The translations under genes were made by a program, and so were the position numbers. DNA of 32,000 bases from Acaryochloris thomasi RCC1774 (GTDB lineage Bacteria > Cyanobacteriota > Cyanobacteriia > Thermosynechococcales > Thermosynechococcaceae), in assembly GCF_003231495.1 (NCBI RefSeq), contig NZ_PQWO01000001.1, positions 270,001 through 302,000 of the forward strand. Direction: 5' to 3'. The notes under the pieces were generated by a model that was not told the DNA's origin, did no database searches, and worked only from the letters and a program-made list of their open reading frames with translations. Within the stretch, counting starts at the first letter, position 1; each line of letters begins with the position of its first letter. Shown in pieces: positions 6,834 through 15,324 of the stretch.

Positions 6834-9323
6834 CTAGCTGACTTCAGTACCGTCAACCCTAAATCTCTCCACAGAAGACTGGAGGTCGCTAGCAACACCC
6901 ACCAAGTTCTGAAGTGAATCAGAGACTCGCTGAGCCTCCTGCGATGTTTCTTGGGCCGTCAATTCGACTGACTGCATCACCTGAGACACATAGCGAGACG
7001 TCTCTGTCTGCTCTGATGTCGCTTGGGTAATTGAACTCACAAGCTGATTAATCTGTGACGAAACTTGAATGATGTCTTCTAGCGATCGCTTCGCCTGTTC
7101 CGCCCGCTGAGTTCCCTCAATAACCTGCTGTGTGCCTTCCTCCATTGCTGTCATCACAGAGCTAGTCTCACCCTGAATCTGGAGCACGATTTGCTCAATC
7201 TCTTTGGAAGCCTTCGCTGCTCGATCAGCCAACTGTCGAACTTCGTCCGCAACAATGGCAAAGCCTCGGCCTGACTCACCCGCTCGAGCCGCCTCAATAC
7301 TGGCATTGAGGGCCAGCAGGTTGGTCCGAGACGCAATCTGTGAAATCACACCCACAATCTTAGAAATCTCTTGAGAAGACTCCGCCAGACGCTTCACCTT
7401 ACGCGTACTCTCAGCCACTGTTTCTCGAATTTGAAGAATACCCGCCATCGTGTGTTCTACAGACTCGCCTCCCTTCAGTGCCGCATCTGACGCCTTTTGG
7501 GCCACCTGGTCCGCAGCTCGGGCGCTCTCAGCCACCTCTTGAATCGAAGCGGTCATCATTTGCACAGAGTTGAGAGAAACCGCCAGCTCCTCCGCCTGTC
7601 GCAATGCATCAGAAGACAAGCCGCGAGCAAACTCTTCATTGTCTGCTGCACCTCGGTTCACCTCACGCGCTGCCACCTTCACCTGCTTTACAATTTTCTG
7701 CAGGTTATAGATCGTTAAGTTAAAAGAGTCCGCAACTGCGCCCAGAATGTCAGCCGTCACCTCGGCCTGCACTGTCAAGTCACCTCGGGCCGCGCCTTCT
7801 ACATCATCCAGCAGGCGAATCACCTGACGCTGCAGATCTTCCTTCGCCTTTTCCTGCTCTTCTGCCTTATTCTGGACTTCTTGAGTTGTCGCTTCAATGA
7901 AACGCGTCATCTCGTTAAAGCTGGTCGCTAACTGACCAAACTCATCCTTTGAAAATTCTGTAGCCCGGACACTCCAGTCTCCCTGAGCAACCGCAGACAG
8001 CTTTGCCTGTAGGTCGCTGGTGGACGCCTTAATCTGCTTAGCGGTCATTTGCCCGAGCACCAGAGTGGTCGCCCCTCCGGCAAGACCCGCCGCCGCTGCA
8101 CCCATGCCAAGGGTTGCCCAAGCAGGTTGTGGTGCAGTCAAGCCCACGCCAATCACAGCGCCTGCAGAAAGAACGCCTGCAGCCGTCGCCGTAATCACCT
8201 GTTTTTGCTGCAAAGAGGCATTTGTAAACGGAGCCAAGATGCCGGAAGGCTTCTGCGGCGCAACCGGAGCAGCCATCCCCCCAGGGAAAGACATTCCAGC
8301 CCCCACGGCGCCAACACTGTTGTCTTGGTTGAGGGTCAAAGAAGAATCAACCGCATCAAAATCATCTAGCAATAAACCAGACTGATCGCCCGTGGCATCC
8401 AATAGACTGGGCGACGTCATCATATCCATCGAGTAGGAGGGGTCTAGCGCACTACTTTGATCGTCGAGTTCAAAATCAGCCAGGGTGGGCAGACCATCGC
8501 CCTCTATATCATCATCGTCGCTAGGCATGTCGCCCGAGGTCAGACTGTTATCGGCATAAGCAGATGCATCACTAGTTGCAGGAGAAGCCGCCCCCGAAGA
8601 CTCAGAATCAATAAAGTCTAAGATGCCGGTATTAGGTAGGTCATCTTCATCATCAGAGAAAGAATCGTCTAAGAAAGTTTGTCCACCGCCATTATTAGCG
8701 GTATGACCTAGCGCCGGAACATCTGAGATCGAATTATCTGATGCGAGAGCTTCTTGATTTTGGTGCATGAGGATGGTCATATCTTCCTCTGTATTCCCTT
8801 GATCCGCGCCATCACTTAGGTCCTGGAGGACCAAGGAAGCATCATCAGCGTTCTCATCAACGCTTCCATTTGAATCAAAAGGATTTGTATACATTGAATC
8901 GTCGCTGTGTGTCATTGTTGAATTCGAATCTCGTTCTGACTGCATGACTGTATTGCCCGAAGATTGTAAAAACGTTGCCTCTGCCGCGCCCGACGCATCA
9001 GAGTTCGAAGATGATCCCATCGACTGGATTGAAGTTGCTCCGCCAGAGTCGTCGATATAGTGACTCGTATCTGCTAGGCTAGAGCGAGCACAATCAACGA
9101 GTTCTGGGTCGCTCGTGAGGTCCAAAACAGACTGATACTGGCCTTGAGCATCTTTATATCTTTCTAGACCCCGATAAATATGCCCCCGTAGCAAGCGCAA
9201 ATTTGGATCATCAGGCTTGTACTCAACCAGGGAGTCCGTTGCCAAAATGGCTTCCTGATAATGCTCCTTCATATAAGCGCTAACGGCTTGTTGGTAGTCC
9301 TGGGCGTACTGGGTACTTGACAT
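6834..9323 (-). CDS. Methyl-accepting chemotaxis protein (PilJ/HmpD-like): TPR-like N-terminus, long acidic low-complexity region, two TM helices, HAMP, MCP signalling domain
   Basis: 829 aa. The signalling hairpin reads [40 protein letters not shown]. The HAMP-like segment reads [18 protein letters not shown]. Confidence 0.9.
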   Translation of the reverse strand: MSSTQYAQDYQQAVSAYMKEHYQEAILATDSLVEYKPDDPNLRLLRGHIYRGLERYKDAQGQYQSVLDLTSDPELVDCARSSLADTSHYIDDSGGATSIQSMGSSSNSDASGAAEATFLQSSGNTVMQSERDSNSTMTHSDDSMYTNPFDSNGSVDENADDASLVLQDLSDGADQGNTEEDMTILMHQNQEALASDNSISDVPALGHTANNGGGQTFLDDSFSDDEDDLPNTGILDFIDSESSGAASPATSDASAYADNSLTSGDMPSDDDDIEGDGLPTLADFELDDQSSALDPSYSMDMMTSPSLLDATGDQSGLLLDDFDAVDSSLTLNQDNSVGAVGAGMSFPGGMAAPVAPQKPSGILAPFTNASLQQKQVITATAAGVLSAGAVIGVGLTAPQPAWATLGMGAAAAGLAGGATTLVLGQMTAKQIKASTSDLQAKLSAVAQGDWSVRATEFSKDEFGQLATSFNEMTRFIEATTQEVQNKAEEQEKAKEDLQRQVIRLLDDVEGAARGDLTVQAEVTADILGAVADSFNLTIYNLQKIVKQVKVAAREVNRGAADNEEFARGLSSDALRQAEELAVSLNSVQMMTASIQEVAESARAADQVAQKASDAALKGGESVEHTMAGILQIRETVAESTRKVKRLAESSQEISKIVGVISQIASRTNLLALNASIEAARAGESGRGFAIVADEVRQLADRAAKASKEIEQIVLQIQGETSSVMTAMEEGTQQVIEGTQRAEQAKRSLEDIIQVSSQINQLVSSITQATSEQTETSRYVSQVMQSVELTAQETSQEAQRVSDSLQNLVGVASDLQSSVERFRVDGTEVS

Positions 9324-9489
9324 CTATCTGCTCCTGCCAATGGGTGATTCTGAATCCTAACGACAATACTGTTGGTGAGTAATCGGTTCGCAGTTCATTC
9401 GTTCATTTCAGAAAAGACGACACAGAGGTCGAAACGGTAAAACGGTTCAGGTTATCCTAGTCGGTCTCATCTACTTCTGTCTTCTATCT

Positions 9490-10023
9490 CTAGGTTGCCC
9501 ACCTTGCCGATCGTAAAATCGCAGTAGGGTCTAGGAGTCGAAGCGATTGATGGGTGCCATCCATCATCCACTCTCCTTTGAGAAAGGGAGCCATGCTGTC
9601 TGGTGCATTCGTTGACAAGGTGAGCTGCTCCGTATCTAGCCAGTCCATTCCCATTACCCGCTCAACCGCAAGTCCAACCGTCACTTCTTGAGTTTCGATG
9701 GCAACAATTGAAATTTCAGAGCGATCAGTATTTAAAGGTTGAGCATCACCTAGAAACTGACCAATATCTGTGACCCAAATGACCTGCCCCCGTAAATTAA
9801 GAATACCCATTAGTAGAGGTGAAACATTAGGGACCAAAGTGATTTGCTCTGGATCAAGGGACAATACTTCCCGAATACCCATAGCAGGCAGGGCAAACTC
9901 TTGACCTGACTCTACAAAAAAGCGTAGATATAAATCACCTTCAGGGTTTTGCAGCCCTTGGAGTTCGGGAAGCGGTTCTGAGGGATTCGTCGTGAGAAAT
10001 TCTTGATTCGTAGACATGATCAC
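9490..10023 (-). CDS. CheW-like coupling protein (PilI/HmpC-like)
   Basis: 177 aa with a CheW fold pattern (LRFFVESGQEFALPAMGIREV...LNLRGQVIWVTDI). The GTG start directly abuts the upstream stop codon. An alternative ATG lies at 10017. Confidence 0.85.
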   Translation of the reverse strand: MIMSTNQEFLTTNPSEPLPELQGLQNPEGDLYLRFFVESGQEFALPAMGIREVLSLDPEQITLVPNVSPLLMGILNLRGQVIWVTDIGQFLGDAQPLNTDRSEISIVAIETQEVTVGLAVERVMGMDWLDTEQLTLSTNAPDSMAPFLKGEWMMDGTHQSLRLLDPTAILRSARWAT

Positions 10024-10389
10024 TTAACCTGCGAGTAGTTCTTTAACGGTGACCAATAGTTCCTGAACAGCAAAAGGCTTAGCAAGATAAGCGTCTGCAC
10101 CCTGCTTCATTCCCCAATACCGATCAAAATCTTCTGTTTTAGATGAACAGATAACAACAGGTAGGTTTTGCGTACCTGGATCAGATTTAATCTTGCGACA
10201 AACTTCATAGCCATTCATTCGTGGCATAATAATGTCTAAGACTACAATATCAGGGTGAGTAGCCTCAATTTGCTGCAAGGCTTCTACTCCATCTGTTGCA
10301 ATCAATACAGTCAGGCCACTTTCTTCGAGTACATTACTCATGAGTTGCCGTTGTGTAATGCTATCGTCTACCACTAAAACCTTGTTCAT
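10024..10389 (-). CDS. Single-domain CheY-like response regulator (PilH/HmpB-like)
   Basis: 121 aa with VLVVDDS, DIVVLDIIMPRMNGYEVCRKIKSDP, FDRYWGMKQGADAYLAKPF. Confidence 0.9.
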   Translation of the reverse strand: MNKVLVVDDSITQRQLMSNVLEESGLTVLIATDGVEALQQIEATHPDIVVLDIIMPRMNGYEVCRKIKSDPGTQNLPVVICSSKTEDFDRYWGMKQGADAYLAKPFAVQELLVTVKELLAG

Positions 10390-10937
10390 TGGGTTGCTAC
10401 CTGAGATCTATAGATCATTCCGAGATGAGTTAACCTAGAGTCTGCGCTGAGTCTAAAACTCCGCAGGACCACGGGTGAGAAGCCGAAATATTCTCAAAAA
10501 AGGTGGGTCATCAACTGTGTACAATTGTGTACTCGTCGGTTGGGAAACTAGACTATGGGTCTAGGCCGATGGGCCTGTAGCTTTAGGATACCCGCCCTAG
10601 AGAAACAAATTTCAGCGGTTCTTGACGCAGATCTGGCAAAAGCTTTGTTTATCGCCTCTGTAAGGTGAACAGTATACCGATGCTCTTCAGCTTTAGCGCA
10701 GTTCAGGTCATGGTTTTTTATGGGTAACTTAAGATTAGGGAATGCAGGATCAGTAATGGCTGCGATAAATCTTATGTCTCACGGTATATTCTATGACTAA
10801 GGAATCTGCAAGATATGATTGCACGGTAACGTTATTGATCGACTAAAACTATGTAAGTTCTAGGTAGGGACGAAGCCAAAATCCAGTCCCAAAGAATAAG
10901 CCAAACTGTCAAGTCAGAAACGAAAGAGGATCGCGGG

Positions 10938-12632
10938 GTGCTGTATCTAGCAGAGATTAATAAGAAAAGTGGTTTCATGGGGGCAAAAACTGAGCTTAGG
11001 TTGTTAGCCCGCAAGCAATCTGAACACAATTGGAGTCCAGTCCCTGGGGAAGAGTTGCTGCCATTTGATGCCAGCAATGACTATAACCATGGCGTTCTCG
11101 TCTTGGTAGAGGTTGACACCAATCGGAATGTCAAAAACGTTCAAGATGCAACACGACAGCTGGTGGGCATTCTTAAGAATTTTTCACGCATGCGTGAAAA
11201 ATTTAAGACCCAAGAAGAGGAAATTGAGGGTTGGAAGCAGTCTCTTATTTATCAGAGTCAAGAGCTGACTCGCCGCGAAGTAGATATGGAAGCTCGCGCT
11301 GAGGAACTGCAGCAGCTTGAGTTGGAGTCTCAAAAAATTGAACAGCAGCGCAGCGAATTTGAAGATAGCCGCGATCAGATTCTGCAGCTCAAGGAGCAGC
11401 TAGAGGGAGATCGGCAGCAGCTAGAAGAGGCATGGGGGCGTTTACAGACTGCTCAACAACAGCTCGACACCGCTCAATCTGCCTCTTTGAGTGATGAGCA
11501 AGTTCATCAAGTTGAAGGTTTACTGCAGCGCCTAGAAACTGAATTAGGAAACGGGGGAGGCGCTGATGCAGGCATGCTCGAGCAGCAGCAAACTCACTTC
11601 AATCAATACTGGCAGTCATTAGAAGAGGATCGCAGTCAGGCTCAGCAACTTGAGGATGCGTTAAATCAGAAAACTCGCGATCTAGACCAAATCTGGCAGG
11701 ACTGGCGTCAGACCCAGGGGACTTTGGAGGAAGCACAGCTAGAGCTAAAGCTACAGGAAAAGATATTGACGGTGAAGTCAGAGAGCCTCAGCTTCTTAAT
11801 CACGCAGCTGCAGGCGCAGGCAGATATTGCTCAAGCCCTCAATCAGGTCCGAGATGGCTTTACCGGTAACGCGACGGTAAATTTGCAGGCTCTCAGATCT
11901 ATGTCTGTTGAAGACCTTGAAGAAACGGTTAGCCGCCTGCAAAAAGAGCTAGACAAGCTTTCAAGCTTTGTCAATGACCAAGAAGAGGAGCTAGAACTGC
12001 AGCAACAGACGATTAACGAGCTAGAGTCTCAGGTCGAGCAGGCGAGTGAGTATGAGCGTCTGAGTCTCACCGGTGACCTCGAGCAGGAACAGCAGCAGTA
12101 TAAGCTGTTGAATGAGACTCTTGAGGGCCAAAGAAAGACGCTACAGGAACGCGAAGGCGTCCTCCATTTGCATCAAGATATTTTGCGACAACGTCAGAAG
12201 GGCAAAGACAGCCGCACGCGCCAATCTATTGAGGTGAAGCTAGAGCCGATTCTGCAGCAGCTAGAGGCTGAGCAAGAGGAGGGAGATCAGCAAGTACAAG
12301 TGCTCAAAAATGAGATTGCGCGCATTCAGGTCTCTATTCAAAATGCGGAGGGAACGCTGCAGCCGCAGATCGCTGCACAACAAAACAAGCGCAGTCAAAT
12401 TGAGGCTCAGGAGCAGGAGCTGAACGAACAGCGGGCGACGGTCGCGCAGCGCTGGGGACGGGTCAAAACCCTTGAAGATGTCTTACAGCCGATGCAGAAC
12501 GCGCTTGATGCCATGCGTGGTCAGGGAAGCGAGAATGGTTCGTCGGGTGGTCCCCCTCACGAGGCCGTTGCGGAGTTAAAGCAGGTCTTGATGGCTCTGG
12601 GTAAGGTGCCCGATCTAACACCAGTGGCCTAA
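10938..12632 (+). CDS. hmpF: HmpF-like coiled-coil protein, divergent from the chemosensory operon
   Basis: 564 aa from a GTG start. The N-terminal MLYLAEINKKSGFMG... domain is followed by about 450 aa of Q/E/L-rich heptad-type coiled coil. The divergent position next to a Pil/Hmp cluster matches the hmpF arrangement I recall from Nostoc punctiforme. Confidence 0.6.
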   Translation: MLYLAEINKKSGFMGAKTELRLLARKQSEHNWSPVPGEELLPFDASNDYNHGVLVLVEVDTNRNVKNVQDATRQLVGILKNFSRMREKFKTQEEEIEGWKQSLIYQSQELTRREVDMEARAEELQQLELESQKIEQQRSEFEDSRDQILQLKEQLEGDRQQLEEAWGRLQTAQQQLDTAQSASLSDEQVHQVEGLLQRLETELGNGGGADAGMLEQQQTHFNQYWQSLEEDRSQAQQLEDALNQKTRDLDQIWQDWRQTQGTLEEAQLELKLQEKILTVKSESLSFLITQLQAQADIAQALNQVRDGFTGNATVNLQALRSMSVEDLEETVSRLQKELDKLSSFVNDQEEELELQQQTINELESQVEQASEYERLSLTGDLEQEQQQYKLLNETLEGQRKTLQEREGVLHLHQDILRQRQKGKDSRTRQSIEVKLEPILQQLEAEQEEGDQQVQVLKNEIARIQVSIQNAEGTLQPQIAAQQNKRSQIEAQEQELNEQRATVAQRWGRVKTLEDVLQPMQNALDAMRGQGSENGSSGGPPHEAVAELKQVLMALGKVPDLTPVA

Positions 12633-12715
12633 TTGACTGGCCCAGGTTTTAAAGTTCTTCTCGTCTTGCTGTCTGTAGGCTTCCTAAAGCTGAAGCGAGC
12701 GCGAGGGCCGCTGCG

Positions 12716-13357
12716 TTAGCGGTAGTGGGGCAGAACTGAATCCCAGGCAGAATATCCTTTCACTTGCTGCTGCTGACCTAGGGTCAGGAGAGCTTGGCTG
12801 AGGGAGCGATCGCTGAGGACTGCAGTGGGTAGTGAAAGTCTATGTTCGATGTTTTGCTGAGCAAGAGCCACGTCCCATTCAGAGTGGGTAAGGTGGCGAT
12901 CGCAACTCCTAACTTCCAAAGTTTGATCGGCCATCAGCTGATAGATGCCGCCGTGAACGTGTCCCTTTTGACCGGGCATGTCTACGGCAAGCGGAACATC
13001 GGGCTGGCAATGTTCTCCTGTGATGTAGACCCAGGCAAACATTGCTAGGGTCGAAACGCCGTAGAGAGGTAGATTGAGCTGTTGCGCTAGGGTGCGAGCT
13101 GTGACGACTCCGAGGCGAGTGCCGGTGTAGCCCCCTGGCCCCTTAGCAACGACAATCCAAGCTAGGTCAGGCCAACCACAGGGCGGCATAAAGGTTGCCA
13201 GCGACTGATGGAGATACATGGATAGATCACGGCCCAGCTCCCAGGACTGATTGCGGTTAACGTCAGCAAAGTTACTCAGTCCCAAGCGCAGGGTGGGACC
13301 GGTGGTGTCAATACCCAAAACAGACTGAGCTGAGGAGGAAGGGAAAGAGGGCTGCAC
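12716..13357 (-). CDS. tsaB: tRNA threonylcarbamoyladenosine (t6A) biosynthesis protein TsaB (YeaZ family)
   Basis: 213 aa with LGIDTTGPTLRLGL and VAKGPGGYTGTRLGVVTARTLAQQLNLPLYGVSTL. The start is uncertain (GTG at 13357 or a downstream TTG). Confidence 0.75.
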   Translation of the reverse strand: MQPSFPSSSAQSVLGIDTTGPTLRLGLSNFADVNRNQSWELGRDLSMYLHQSLATFMPPCGWPDLAWIVVAKGPGGYTGTRLGVVTARTLAQQLNLPLYGVSTLAMFAWVYITGEHCQPDVPLAVDMPGQKGHVHGGIYQLMADQTLEVRSCDRHLTHSEWDVALAQQNIEHRLSLPTAVLSDRSLSQALLTLGQQQQVKGYSAWDSVLPHYR

Positions 13358-13449
13358 AGAGGGAAAACCTGTCAGGAGAATCTTTCACATTGTTGCACTT
13401 GACGGATCGGCAGGTGGGGTACGCTTGAGAAAATGTTGATGCTTTCGCT

Positions 13450-14343
13450 ATGTTCCCTAGCTTTTTGCCTGCTGATACGGCTCAGCTCACTGAGGCCGCG
13501 TCTATCAATGCCGCACAGATGATTCAGCAGCACCCGATTCAGACCTGCTTTAGTGCTGATCCAATTTTGACGACCTATCTGCAGCAGGGGACAGATGGCG
13601 TTCCTCTACTGCTGCTGCACGGTTTTGACAGCTCGCTCCTAGAGTTCCGGCGATTCTTGCCGCTTGTCGCAGGACAGCGATCGACTTGGGCGGTGGACTT
13701 GCTGGGATTTGGATTCACAGATCGTCCGCTGGATATTACGTTTAGCCCTGCAGAGCTGAAGCTACATCTCTATCATTTCTGGAAAACCCTGATTGATCGG
13801 CCTGTGGTGCTGGTGGGAGCGTCGATGGGAGGGGCGCTGGCGCTGGATTTTTGCCTGACACATCCTGACTGTGTGGACCGGCTAGTGCTGTTGGATAGCG
13901 CTGGTTTTGCGACCTCGGCAGTACCGACAAAGCTGATGCGACCACCGATTGATGGCTGGGCGACGGCTTTTTTGCGGAATCCGGGAGTGCGACGACGAAT
14001 CAGTGTGCAGGCCTATTGCGATCGCAACTGTGTCACACCCGATGCCGAGATCTGTGCTTCTTTGCATCTGCAGCATCCTCGCTGGCAGGAAGCTCTAATC
14101 GCTTTTGCGAAAAGTGGCGGCTATAACTTTTTAGCGGACAAGATTGACCAAATCTCGCAGCCGACGCTGATTCTTTGGGGCGAGCAGGACCGCATTATGA
14201 ACCGCAAAGATGCGCCCAAATTTGAACAGGCGATCGCCGATAGTCAGCTTGTTTGGGTTCAAAACTGTGGGCACGTCCCGCATCTAGAGCAGCCGCAGAT
14301 CACGGCTCACCATATTCTAGAATTTACGGCAGCAAAAAGCTGA
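13450..14343 (+). CDS. Alpha/beta-fold hydrolase
   Basis: 297 aa with an HGF oxyanion region (LLLLHGFDSS), nucleophile elbow GASMGG, and the C-terminal catalytic His context NCGHVPHLEQP. Confidence 0.8.
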   Translation: MFPSFLPADTAQLTEAASINAAQMIQQHPIQTCFSADPILTTYLQQGTDGVPLLLLHGFDSSLLEFRRFLPLVAGQRSTWAVDLLGFGFTDRPLDITFSPAELKLHLYHFWKTLIDRPVVLVGASMGGALALDFCLTHPDCVDRLVLLDSAGFATSAVPTKLMRPPIDGWATAFLRNPGVRRRISVQAYCDRNCVTPDAEICASLHLQHPRWQEALIAFAKSGGYNFLADKIDQISQPTLILWGEQDRIMNRKDAPKFEQAIADSQLVWVQNCGHVPHLEQPQITAHHILEFTAAKS

Positions 14344-14485
14344 AGAGACTTCAGAGATTTCTAGAATTTCTATCATCAAGTTCTAATATTCCTGGCATAA
14401 TCTGCTTATTAAGACCGCTCAATGTTCATAGAGAGGTTCTACCGTCTATTTCGTAGGCATCCTTCTCTTTTAGTAGAGGTTCAAC

Positions 14486-15286
14486 ATGCAGCGTTTGCAA
14501 GGCCAAGTTGCGCTCGTCACTGGGGCAAGCTCCGGTATCGGCTCTGGTGTCGCGCTCTCCATGGCGCAGGCAGGAGCCAAGGTCGTTGTAAACTACGCCA
14601 GCAGTCCGAAGGGCGCTGAGGCTGTGGTTGATGAGGTTAAAGAACAGGGGGGAGATGCGATCGCAATTCAAGCCGATGTCAGCCAAGAAGATCAGGTCTT
14701 GAATCTATTCGCCAAAACCTATGAAGCCTTTGGCACCCTCGATGTTCTGGTCAACAACGCAGGTCTACAGAAAGATCAGCCCTTTACCGAAATGACCTTA
14801 GATGCCTGGAATAAGGTAATCAGCGTCAATCTCACCGGACAGTTCCTCTGTGCGCGGGAAGCGGCTAAGGAGTTCATTCGCCGTGGCGTTGTGCCTGAGA
14901 AATCCTGTTCAGCAGGCAAAATCATCTGCATGAGTTCAGTCCACGAGGTGATTCCCTGGGCGGGACACTGTAACTATGCCGCTTCTAAGGGCGGCGTTAT
15001 GCTGCTGATGAAAAGCATGGCCCAAGAGCTAGCGCCCCACAAAATACGAGTCAACAGCATCGGTCCAGGCGCGATCAAGACGCCCATCAATAAAGATGCC
15101 TGGGACACGCCGGAGGCTGAAGAAAGTTTGCTCAATCTGATTCCTTACAACCGTGTCGGTGAACCGACTGATATTGGTAAAGCTGCTGTTTGGCTAGCAT
15201 CCGATGAGTCCGAGTATGTTCACGGCATCACGCTCTTCGTCGATGGCGGCATGACACTTTATCCAGGGTTCGCGACGGGAGGATAG
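14486..15286 (+). CDS. Short-chain dehydrogenase/reductase, glucose 1-dehydrogenase-like
   Basis: 266 aa with TGASSGIG, NNAG, SSVHEVIPWAGHCNYAASKGG, PGAIKTPIN and a C-terminal LFVDGGMTLYPGF. By recall this is collinear with Bacillus-type glucose 1-dehydrogenase. Confidence 0.7.
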   Translation: MQRLQGQVALVTGASSGIGSGVALSMAQAGAKVVVNYASSPKGAEAVVDEVKEQGGDAIAIQADVSQEDQVLNLFAKTYEAFGTLDVLVNNAGLQKDQPFTEMTLDAWNKVISVNLTGQFLCAREAAKEFIRRGVVPEKSCSAGKIICMSSVHEVIPWAGHCNYAASKGGVMLLMKSMAQELAPHKIRVNSIGPGAIKTPINKDAWDTPEAEESLLNLIPYNRVGEPTDIGKAAVWLASDESEYVHGITLFVDGGMTLYPGFATGG

Positions 15287-15324
15287 TCCCTGTTCCCACT
15301 GAAGTATTCAAGAGCGGTGACGGC

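Noticed and set aside
7154-8385. ORFs 7154-7336 (-), 7497-7718 (+), 8020-8385 (+) and 8049-8369 (+)
   Set aside because: They lie inside the MCP gene, whose signalling-domain motifs fix the true frame.
10832-11077. ORF 10832-11077 (-), 81 aa
   Set aside because: It overlaps the conserved N-terminus of the HmpF-like gene in antisense, has no recognisable features, and would leave hmpF without a promoter region.
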